A DNA stretch of 64,000 nt from Narcine bancroftii (Eukaryota). The stretch is from the NCBI RefSeq assembly GCF_036971445.1, contig NC_091481.1:1612001-1676000 (forward strand), written 5' to 3'. Position 1 is the stretch's first letter; every line of letters starts with the position of its first letter. Below the pieces are notes generated by a model, which made no database searches, was not told the DNA's origin, and saw nothing but the letters and a program-made list of their open reading frames with translations. A program made the position numbers and the translations under genes. Positions 38,155-48,580 of the stretch are shown here, piece by piece.

Positions 38155-38999
38155 GTAATAAATACCTGAAGGGCAGAAGAAGAAAGAAAGTCACCTTCCA
38201 AAGTAATTTGGTAAAAAATAACCTCGTTGCTTTCAAGGAAATGGCAATCGTTGGCTGCCGATGACCAAAACCCTTCAGGAAGGGAATCTTGCATTTTTGC
38301 ACTGTTACTGACATCCATTTAGATCGGCCATTCTCAACAGGGAGCATCAAGGTGGTGTCTCTGCAGCCCGGGCACTATGAGTCAAGCGGTGTATTCCCAA
38401 TTTCGGTTTGCCAGCTGCTGTGATGAGATCCAAATTTGTATCTGGTGTCTGCAGTCAGGATCCTTGACCAAATCATGAATTGCCTGGCCAAAGTCCATGA
38501 TGTTGGAGGAGGTTCACAAAGATGATTCCAGGAATGACAGGGCTGTCCTACGAGGAGCATTTGACAGCTCTTGGCCTGGACTGGTTTGAGTTTAGGAGGA
38601 TCTCATTGAAACATTTTGAATGTGGAAAGGTTGGTTGCGATGGTGGGGTTCCAGTGCAGGGAGATGTCCACGAGGCAATGACCCTGGATATGGGGTGGAG
38701 GGGCGCTCAGTGAAACCAGCTTTGCAGAGGAAAGGCCACGGACTGGACCAGCCTTTCTCAGCCGGGGGGGGTGGGTGGGGGCTTGGGCTGAAGTCAGAGA
38801 GAAGTGGAAGAAAGTAACTCAACATGACTGTTTGACAGGGGAAACTTTGAGCAAAGTCCCAAGGTAAAACCAGGTTGAGAATGGCTGGGTGCTGCATGCC
38901 TTGAGCACAGCCTGTGGACACACACAGCCTTCATGGAGATGCAGGAAGGTAAGAGGATTCCTTTTCATTCGGGTGAGTGCTGGTCTTCTGCATTTGTGA

Positions 39000-39480
39000 C
39001 CAAGGGCCCGGGCCCCGGACGTCGGGTGCCTCTCTGGAAGCTGCGCGACCTGTCTGTCCGCTGACGTGACGGTGTGGCTGGGAATGGAGCGACCCAGTGG
39101 AAAACTCTCCGGTGAGGTTTGGGACAGGAAGAGCACGGAAGTGGTAGGAGAAAGGCGGCAGCGTCCTTGAGATGGGTGGGCACGGAGAGGAAGGGGCGGG
39201 GGCGGGGGCAAACTTACCGCGGGCCAGAGTCCAACCAGCCGGGCTTCGGGGCCGTGTTCAGCCAGCGGCCGCTGGCACTTTCTCCGCCCGCCCTTGTGGT
39301 GGCCGGTCGCCGGGCAACGCCTGACGCTGCTCCACTCCCCTGGCCGGGGGTCCCGTCCCGGCGCGTGAGCGAGTGGGAGGGAGTCGGCCGTCCGGCCCGT
39401 CGAGCCTGTCCCGCCTCTCAGCCCTGGGGGGGCTCTGGGCGCTGAGGTTTGGATGAGCGGCCACCATCCCCGGTCCAAGT
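39000..39480 (-). promoter_or_regulatory. MEIG1: CpG island: putative MEIG1 promoter and 5' non-coding exon
   Basis: High CpG; minus-strand donor GCG|gtaagt at 39218/39217; X-box-like GTCGCCGGGCAAC 39306-39318; TGACG 39322-39326; GC boxes. Confidence 0.6.
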
Positions 39481-39780
39481 GGCAGAACTGCGCTCTCTTT
39501 CTGTCGAGAGCCCGAATGGGACCCGGTTTCCAGCTGGGACCGACCCTGCGCAGCTTTTCTTCAGCCTGGAATCATGAACTCAGTCGGGTGGGGAAGGAAA
39601 GGATGAGCCCAGGCCAGAACTGGCCAGACGTGCGGGCTTCACTGCGAGATCAACCAAGCTTCATTCCTTCTTGTCGTTCGGAGAAGGAACGCTGGAGTTG
39701 CGCGCTCCTCTCTGCAGAAGAGTCACTTGAATCGGACGAATGGCACTGCCTGCCATCTGTTGCATGTTCGCTGATCAGAC

Positions 39781-39926
39781 TGGGGCTGGGGGGCTGGGGG
39801 GCTGGGGCTGGGGCTGGGGGGCGGGGGCTGGGGCTGGGGCTGGGGGGCGGGGGCTGGGGCTGGGGCGCTGGGGCGCTGGGGGGCTGGGGGGCTGGGGCTG
39901 GGGGGCTGGGGCTGGGGGGGGGGGGA
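39781..39926 (+). repeat. (GGGGCT/GGGGGC)n G-rich low-complexity repeat
   Basis: Seen directly. Confidence 0.9.
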
Positions 39927-40262
39927 TCAGCGACGTGTTCTCCTACCGCCTCGCCAATAAAGGCTTCACTCTGCGTCTCCTGGCCATTTCCCAACGTCGC
40001 GAATCCACAAGGATCCTTTCGCCAGAGCTGAGATAAGATAGAAAGCATGGCAGAGATTTCAGGTTGGGAGGACACACGTGACATCAGATCCAACCCTGAG
40101 ATTCTCTTCCCTGCGGGCCAGCCAGAAGGACCCCTTACTGTCAGTGCACGCCACAGACCCATGGAAATCAATGGAAACAATACCAAGATTTTGAAAAATC
40201 AATAAAGTGCACAAGTCAGAATCTTTCAATGAGTTGGTTCTGGAAGAGTCTGATGGTGGAGG

Positions 40263-40853
40263 GGGAGCTTTTGGAATATAGGGTAGCTTGCTGGATCAAG
40301 CATCAGGCTGGGGAAGTTGCCTTGTCTATCATGTCACACTGAATCCTCAGCTCTCCTCTTTCTGTAAAAATGATCTGCTTCTGGCAGGAAACTTGCCAGA
40401 GTCTGCAATGGACCCAGGAGCTGAGTGGATGGTCTGGGGTGTCAGTGGCCATTGACGACTGACTTCGACAGGGTCAGCGTTCTGTCTCCTGGACAGTCTC
40501 AGCAGATTATAGACGGCGTGAACATCCACATCTCTGCTTTCTGCTAGCCCACTCTCTCTTTCCCCATCCCTCTCTTCCTCCTGCTCTCCACCCCCTTCTC
40601 TCTCCATCCCCTGTTTGCTCCACCTATTATCTCCTACCTGTGGGACTCTGCTCCTCCCCCTGCCCCTCCCACCACCATTTTCTTCAGTCACCTGCCACAT
40701 TCTGCTCAGACCTTGAGGAAGGGCCGAAGCTTGAAACGTTGGCTCTGTATCTTTATCTTTGATACATAAAGTCCACTGATTGACCTGCTGAGTTTCTCCA
40801 ACTTTGTGTTTTTACTTCAATCACAGTGTCTGCAGACTCTAGTGTTTTACTTC
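40263..40853 (+). mobile_element. Composite Penelope-derived element, copy B
   Basis: Inverted paralog of 18528-19168 with the same internal junction. Confidence 0.7.
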
Positions 40854-41097
40854 AGTGAGAGCAGGCTCCAGCCCAACTGCTAACCAAGGTGCCTACCTTA
40901 GTGTGTCCCGTTTGCCGGCCTGGCCTGACTCCCTCCATGCCTTCCCTGTCCATGTCACTGTCCGACGACCATTTTCCCCTTGTCCTCCCCTACCATCCCA
41001 CCAGCCGGCCTCCGCATCCAACACATCCTTCTCTGCCTACCACTAGACACATATTCCCCTCTCCGCCTTCCGAGGGGACCACTCCCTCCGTGACTCC

Positions 41098-44000
41098 CAA
41101 ATTTGTTCGAATACTGTGACTTTATTTTTTTAATTATATGTACTTTTTTCCAATGGAATACATTTATTCATTTCCATGTACCATTGCTGTACACTCAGGC
41201 TCTTTTCTGATTTCCAGGTTGACATTAGACATTTTTTGGCTCCAGCTAAGGCTATTATAATAAATCTTTTTTGAGCTCCATCCAAATCGAGTCCAAGTTC
41301 TTTACTTCTTATATTACTTAGAAGAAAGATCTCTGGATTTTTTGGTCTGTTGCTTTTTTGTGATTTTATTTAAGACCTGATTTAGATCTTCCCAAAACTT
41401 TTCCACTTTCTCACATGCCCAAATTGCATGTACTGTTGTTCCCGTTTCCTTCTTACAGCGAAAACATCGATCTGATACTGTGGGGTCCCATTTATTTAAC
41501 TTTTGGAGTGTGATATATAACCAATTATATTGTATCATGCGTAACCTCATCTTTATTGTATTTCTCATAGTTCCGGAGCATAGCTTTTCCCATGTTTCAT
41601 TCTTTATCGTTATGTTTTGATCTTGTTCCCACTTTTGTTTGGATTTACAGCTTGTTTCCTCGTTCTCTTTCTCTTGCAGTTTGATGTACATGTTTGTTAT
41701 AAATCTTTTAATTATCATTGTGTCTGTAATCACATATTAAAAGCTGCTTCCTTCTGGTAACCTCAGCCTGTTTCCCAATTTGTCCTTTAAGTAGGTTTTC
41801 AGTTGGTGGTATGTAAACATTGTACCATATTTGCACTTCATTTGTTCAAAAGATAATAAATTATTTCCCAAAAAACAATTTTCTATTCTTTTGATCCCTT
41901 TTCTCTCCCATTCTCTTAAGGAAAGGTTACCGATTGTGAAAGGGATTAGTTGATTTTGCGTCAATATTAATTTTGGTAGTTGATAATTTGTATTTTTCCT
42001 TTCTACGTGAATCTTCTTCCAAATGTTGAGCCGATGGTGCAGTACTAGTGAACTTCAATGTTGCACCAGTTTTTCATCCCACTTATAAAGTATATGTTCT
42101 GGTACCTTCACCCCTATTTTATCTAGCTCTACTCTGGTCCAATCTGAATTTTCCCTTGTTTGATAAAAATCTGATAGTTATCTTAATTGTGCTGCTCAAT
42201 AATAATTCTTAAAGTTTGGTAGCTGTAAGCCCCCTTGTTTGTACCATTTTGTTAATTTATCTAGCGTTATCCTCGGTTTCCTCCCTTTCCATAAGAATTT
42301 CCTTACTATTTTCTTTAGCTCATTGAAGAATTTCTCTGTTAGGTGAATTGGTAACAATTGGAATAGGTATTGTATCCTTGGGAAGATAATCATTTTAATG
42401 CAATTTACCCTCCCTATCAGTGTTAGTGGTAAATCTTTCCAATGTTCTAAGTCATCTTGTAATTTCTTCATTAATGGCTGATAATTTCATTTGTATAGGT
42501 GGCCTAGATTATTATCTAGTCGAATACCTAGGTATCGGATTGCTTGTGTTTGCCATTTAAATGGTGATTCTTTCTTAACTTTGTGAAATCCGCATTATTC
42601 ATTGGCATTGCTTCACTTTTATTTGCGTTGATCTTGTACCCTGATACTTCTCCATATTCCTTCAATTTCTTATGTAATTCTTTTATTGATAATTCTGGTT
42701 CTGTTAAGTATACTATGATGTCATCTGCAAATAGACTGATTTTATATTCCTTCTCTTTTATTTTTATCCCTTTTATTTTATTTTCTGTTCTTATCAGTTC
42801 TGCCAAGGGTTCAATAGCTAAAGCGAACAGTGAGGGAGATAGTGGACATCCCTGCCTAGTTGACCTGCTTAATTTAAATTGGTTCGATATATATCCATTT
42901 ACTGTCACCTTCGCCAATGGTCCCTTATATAATGCTTTAATCCAATTAATATATTTCTCTGGTAGGTTGAACCTCTGTAGTACTTTGAATAAATAATTCC
43001 ATTCTACCCTGTCAAAGGCTTTCTCTGCGTCTAAAGCAACTGCCACTGTTGGCGTCTTATTTCCTTGTATTGCATGGATTAAGTTAATGAACTTACAGAC
43101 ATTGTCCTTTGTTCGTCCTTTCTTAATAAATCCAGTTTGATCTAGTTTTACTATTTTTGGTACAGTCAGCCAATCTGTTTGCTAATAGTTTTGCTATTAT
43201 CTCATAATCTGAGTTAAGTAGAGATATTGGTCTATACAATGCTGGTGTTAGTGGATCTTTCCCCGTCTTTGGTCTTACTGTAATTATTGCTGTTTTACAT
43301 GAATCTGGCATGTTTTGTGTTTCTTCAATCTGATTCATTACTTCCAGGAGAGGAGGAATTAATGTCTTTAAATGTTTTATAGAATTCTATTGAGAGTCCA
43401 TCCTCACCTGGCGTTTTATTGTTCGGTCGCTTTTTTAATATATCCTGTATTTCCTCTATTTCAAATGGTTTTATCAATTTGTTTTGCTCCTCTTCTTGCA
43501 ATTTTGGTAGTTCAAATTTAGCTAGAAACTCATCTATTTTGTCTTCTTTCCCTTCGTTCTCAGTTTGGTATAATTGCTCGTAGAATTCCTTGAAGTTTTT
43601 ATTGATCTCTGTTGGGTTACATGTAATTTGTTTGTCCTTTTTCCTTGATGCCAATACCATTCTTTTAGCTGCCAAGGTAGTATTTTGTGCGTTTTTTTCT
43701 CCTAGCTCATAATACTTCTGCTTTATCCTCATTATGTTCTTTTCCTCCTTACACGTTTCTAGTGTTTTGTATTTTATTTTTTTGTCTGCCAATTCTCTTC
43801 TTTTTGTTGTATCTTCCCTTATTGCTCGTTCTTTTTCTGTACTTACTATTTCCCTTTCCAGCTGTTCTATTTCCCGATTGTAGTCCTTCTTCATCTTCGT
43901 TACATAACTTATTATCTGCCCTCTGATGAAGGCTTTCATTGCATCCCACAGTATAAATTTATCTTTCACTGATTCCGTATTTATTTCAAAATACATTTTA

Positions 44001-46770
44001 ATTTGGCGCTCAATGAATTCTCTAAAATCCTGTCTTTTAAGTAGCATGGAGTTTAATCTCCATCTATATGTTCTCGGTGGGATCTCCTCCAGCTCTATTG
44101 CTAATAACAGGGGTGAGTGATCCAATAACAATCTAGCTTTATATTCCATTTTCCTAACTCTCCCTTGGATATGGGCTGACAACAGGAACAGGTCAATCCT
44201 TGAATATGTTTTATGTCTACTCGAATAATGTGAGTATTCCTTCTCCTTTGGGTGTTGTCTCCTCCATATATCCAAAAGTTGCATTTCCTGTATTGATTTA
44301 ACCATAAATTTGGCTACTTTGTTCTTTCTGCTAGTCTTTTGTCCAGTTTTATCCATCTTTGAATCCAAATTAAGGTTGAAGACCCCCTCCTATCAATATA
44401 TTCCCCTGCGTATCTACAATTTTCAAAAAAAACATGTTGCATAAACTCTTGATCCTCTTCATTAGGTGCATATATATTGATCAAATTCCAGAGTTCTGAA
44501 TATATCTGACATTTTAACATTGCGTATCTCCCTGCTGGATCTATTATTTCCTCCTCTATTTTGATTGGTACATTTTTATTGATTAATATAGCTACACCTC
44601 TGGATTTTGAATTATAAGATGCTGCCGTTACGTGCCCTACCCAATCTCTCCTTAATTTATTATGTTCCACTTCAGTTAGATGCGTTTCCTGCACGAATGC
44701 TATGTCAAATTTTAATTTTTTCAGTAAATTTAATAGCCTCTTTGATTTGGTTATGTATTCCATTAATATTTATAGTCATATAGTTCAACATGGCCATTTC
44801 ATACTTTGTTACCATCTCATTTCTGCTCCCTCACCACCACCAACCCCCTTTTCCCCATTTCCATTTCTCAGTTTTCTTTTTTTGAACGCACTGTATGACA
44901 ACACTTCTAAAACATAAAATACTTCAACCACTCCCACATCTAAAATTACCTTAACCCCAAGTGTCCCCCCCTCTCTGAGTCACCCTTTGTTCCTCGCCAG
45001 GCAACCACAACTCCCCTCTCCATTCGGACTGCGAACCCATTCGCAAGTGTCAACTGATTTCGCAGTGACTGTTATTTTCTCCCACCCAACCCTCTCCAGA
45101 AAACTTTTATCTTCACATTACAACAAAACTAGCCCTCGTTTCTTCTCTTTTTCTTTTTATGTTTTATTCATTTTATTTTTTTAACCCCTCCTCTTTTTCC
45201 ACCCTTCTCCCTTACTTCCCTTTTTTTCTCTCCTTACATACATTATTTTTACTTCTTTATATGTAGTTTCTCATTCTTTGTTCTTGTTACATCTCTTCAC
45301 CTCTCTTTCTGTCTTGCAGGCCTTCTGCAAATTCTCGTGCTTTCTCCGGATCCGAGAACATTCTGTTTTGCTGCCCCGGGATAACTATTTTAAGCACCGC
45401 TGGATATCTTAACATAAATAGCCTTTCTTCCATAGGATCGATTTTGCTGCGTTAAACTCCTTCCTCTTCTTCAGGAGCTCAAAACTTGTGTCTGGGAAGA
45501 AAAATTTTTTTTGAACTTTATATTCCAGTGGTTTTTTTGTCTTCTCTCATTTTATTCATTGCCTTCTGCAATATATTTTCTCTTGTTGTGATTCTCAGGA
45601 ATTTTACTAAATCGGATCTTGGTTTTTGTTGTGTCTGTGGTTTCGGGGCTAATGTTCTGTTTGCCCTTTCTATTTCCATTTCTTCCTGCATTTCTGGCAT
45701 TCCCAGGACTTTTGGGATCCATTCTTTTAAAAATTCTTTCATATCTTTGCCTTCTTCATCTTCCTTAAGGAAGATTTATATTGTTTTGCCTCCTATAGTT
45801 TTCCATTATTCCATCTTCTGAGCTAACAGCTCCTGTGTTTCTTTAACTTTTTTATCACTTTCTTCCAATTTTATTTTTAAGTCGTTCACTTCCATATCTA
45901 CCGCCATTACTCGTTCTTCCACATTTTCTAATCTTTTCCCTACATCTGTTATCCCAGCTCTATTCTACTCACTTTTTCTTCTGTACTTTTCATTTCACTA
46001 AATTCTAGTGTCAGCCATTCTTTTAATGCTTTCATTTGTTCTTGAATTTTTTAAAAATCTATGTACTGTCCATTCATTTTACCACCTATTCCTCTGTGCA
46101 GAGCTTGGTGTTCTCCTTCTTCTTCTGTGTCTGCTCATGGGTTTGTGTCTTCTATTTCTCTTCCTTGTATCTGTGGCTCTTCTGACTTTCATGTTGAGCT
46201 GCTTGTCTCAGTTTGTTGGGTATTTTTTTTCCATGGTGTCTTGATGTTGGTCCTCTTCTTCTGGTTTGGTTATCTGTTGGGTTTCTAGTTTCCTTTTTTC
46301 ATTCTCACCCCTCCTGTTCCCATTGTTTCCTTTATCCTCCAGCTGGGAGCCCTGCTGTCGCGTCTCTCTCAGCTGTTTGTGCTGTGGAGTTTCACTCCAC
46401 AGCTGGTCCCCCCTCCAGCTGTGACTTTTTCATGCGCTGTTATGCACCCGTTTGGCTCCGTAAGCCATCTTTGCAGTCCTGCTTTCGATGGGTCGAGACC
46501 CTGCAGGGTCTCCACTGACCTCGGGGAGTGGGCTCCTCTTTCCACGCCAGGTCCCTGCTTCTTCGTACAGGTAAGGCCTTCAACTTTCTTTCTTCTTCTC
46601 TTCCCATTGTTTTTGGCTTTTCTTTCTTAGGTGCCATTTTCTCCACACCTTTATTTTTTATTTGTTGTGATTTGTGTGTCTGGGGCTTTGCTTTTCCTTC
46701 ACTTTTTTCCTTCTTTTCTGGAGAGGGCAGGTATTCCCCTACCAGCCACTACTCCATCACGTGACTCCTC
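41098..46770 (-). mobile_element. L1-clade LINE, near full length, frameshifted, lacking its 3' UTR and tail
   Basis: 5' UTR; ORF1 pieces (MAPKKEK; EWIPKVLG...IERANR...LVKFL); ORF2 from ~44797 with endonuclease (FVQETHL, IYAPN, YSRIDLFL, DHSP), RT (YRPISLLN, LDAEKAFDRVEW, RQGCPLSP, LFADD) and CFRCKKETGTTVHAIWAC zinc knuckle. Confidence 0.92.
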
Positions 46771-46809
46771 TGTCTGTATACGTCTTAATGAGTTTAATAT
46801 CTCTTCTAA

Positions 46810-47370
46810 CATATTTATGTAAATCTGCTCTGTGGTCCTGGAGAAACGCTATCTCGTCTCTACTGTGCAAGATACACAGACAAACACTACATAGTTTCCA
46901 GGACAAGTATTTCATCTATACAAATAATAATGTTTCATGAATATGAGAGTCTGGGAGGGTGAATGTGAGCAGTTCCTTGGGTCGTTCAATGTTCTCACTG
47001 CCCGTGGGCAGAAGCTGTTCCTCAGCCAGGTGGAGCTGGCCCTGATCCTCCTGGAGCTGGCCCTGATCCTCCTGGAGCTGGCCCTGATCCTCCTGGAGCT
47101 GGCCCTGATCCTCCTGGAGCTGGCCCTGATCCTCCTGGAGCTGGCCCTGATCCTCCTGGAGCTGGCCCTGATCCTCCTGGAGCTGGCCCTGATCCTCCTG
47201 GAGCTGGCCCTGATCCTCCTGGAGCTGGCCCTGATCCTCCTGGAGCTGGCCCTGATCCTCCTGGAGCTGGCCCTGATCCTCCTGGAGCTGGCCCTGATCC
47301 TCCTGGAGCTGGCCCTGATCCTCCTGGAGCTGGCCCTGAACCTCCTGGATCTCTCCCCCGAGGGAACCGG
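46810..47370 (-). mobile_element. Rex1-like 3' fragment carrying an expanded tandem array
   Basis: EGECEQFLGSFNVLT..KLFLS.VELALILL matches the minus-strand reading of the 7330-7500 copy. Confidence 0.75.
47031..47349 (+). repeat. 21-bp minisatellite (CTGGAGCTGGCCCTGATCCTC) x ~15
   Basis: Near-perfect tandem array. Confidence 0.97.
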
Positions 47371-47549
47371 GTGGAAGGGGTCCTCACTGATTCACACAAG
47401 AGGTGTATTGCTCTGGATCCCTTCTGCAGACTTTGGTGGTGTGCAATACCACTGACTGTGGTCCGGGTGTAAATCAGCGGGATAAGGAAGGACGAGGGCC
47501 TGTTTCTCTGCTGCAGGAGGGGAAATGGGTGGGTTTTGATTGAACTTTC

Positions 47550-47735
47550 CGAGCTCCAGCGGTAGCCTGCAGTCCACCTCTTTTCGCGGACTCCGCTCGC
47601 ATTCTTCCGGGATCGTCATCAGCACAATCCCGCCCACGGAGCTCGCTGATTGGCCGGCGGGGCTTGCTCGTTACAGCCGGGCTGTAGCAATTCGAGTCCG
47701 AGGCCGGCCGGCCGGCGGGCGATTGGGAGCCGAGG
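47550..47735 (+). promoter_or_regulatory. DCLRE1C: DCLRE1C CpG-island promoter / 5' UTR
   Basis: CpG-rich; inverted CCAAT boxes (ATTGG) at ~47649 and ~47722; GC box; directly upstream of the ATG. Confidence 0.65.
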
Positions 47736-47844
47736 ATGAGTTCGTTCCAGGGGCGCATGGACGAGTACCCCGGCATCTCCATCGACAGGTTCGACAGGGA
47801 CAACCTGCTGGCCAAGGCTTACTTCCTCTCTCACTGTCACAAAG
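47736..47844 (+). CDS. DCLRE1C: DCLRE1C (Artemis) exon 1
   Basis: [37 protein letters not shown]|gtgcgc; 109 coding bp, as recalled for human exon 1. Confidence 0.97.
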
Positions 47845-47904
47845 GTGCGCGACTGCCGCCCAAAGCAGCGGGACTGGCCCAGGGCACCGGCGGCTCGGGC
47901 CAAA

Positions 47905-48125
47905 CAGGGTCCTCGATGGAGCAAAGAACCAACGTTTGGGGCTTGAGCCCTTCATCAAGGAGTGGACAATGTCGTCAGGGCGCCCGGGCATTTCGCTCAT
48001 ACCTCGATGAAGGGCTCAAGCATATTGGTTCTGTCCTTTGCCATATAAAGTACCTGCTGAGTTTCTCCAGTAATATTCTGTTCCTACTTCAACCACAGTG
48101 TCTGCAGACTTTCGTCTTTTACCGG
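47905..48125. mobile_element. Inverted pair of Penelope-like tails at the start of DCLRE1C intron 1
   Basis: Minus copy with AACGTTTGGGGCTTGAGCCCTTCATCAAGG (47931-47960); plus copy ctcgatgaagggctcaagc (~48003-48021) and tail. Confidence 0.7.
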
Positions 48126-48208
48126 CTACTCCAAGCTTGGATCAGTGGGGGGCGTCCAGCAAAGGCTCTGAGGGGGACTGCAATTATTCGCTTGCCTTTC
48201 ATAGGAAA

Positions 48209-48580
48209 GATTTAGAGCAGTGCTTCTCAACCTTTCTCTTTCCACACATATCACTTTAAGTAATCCCTGTGCCCTGGATGCTCTGTGATTAGAAAGGGAT
48301 TGCTTCGAGTGGTGTGTGAGGGGGAAGGGTAGGTTGAGAATCACTGCTCTGGATCCAATTGTTATTGAAATACTTTGCTTGAGAAAAATGGTCATTGGCC
48401 CATTTCCTTTGGAGTTAAGAAACCGTGCACATGACGAGTCAATGAGGGATGATTAAAATAGTGGTTTTCAAACTTTTTCTTTCCATCCTCTTATGAAGCA
48501 ATCCCTTACTGATCACAGACCACTGATGGCGTAGGGATTACTTCAAGTAGTATGTGAGTGGAAAGAAAAAGGTTGAGAGA
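48209..48580. mobile_element. hAT/Charlie-like MITE(s)
   Basis: TIRs cagtgcttctcaacct ... aggttgagaatcactg (48218-48346); second related unit ~48460-48580. Confidence 0.65.

Noticed and set aside
39781-39926. (GGGCT)n, and the GAGCT-rich array at 47 kb, as immunoglobulin switch-like regions
   Set aside because: Too short, no Ig exons in the window, and simple repeat expansion explains them.
40805-40850. CACAGTG heptamers as RAG recombination signal sequences near Artemis
   Set aside because: Part of the Penelope tail; the nonamer-like tract is ~6 bp away, not 12 or 23.
41314-44763. Active autonomous L1
   Set aside because: ORF1 and ORF2 are broken by several frameshifts and stops, and the 3' end is missing.
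46937-47455. ORFs with (ELALILL)n and (PGGSGPA)n repeats as real proteins
   Set aside because: Products of a 21-bp tandem repeat inside a Rex1 fragment; the unit is a multiple of 3 so frames stay open.
47845-48215. C-terminal part of the 159-aa ORF as Artemis sequence
   Set aside because: Read-through into intron 1; similarity stops at the donor after 47844.
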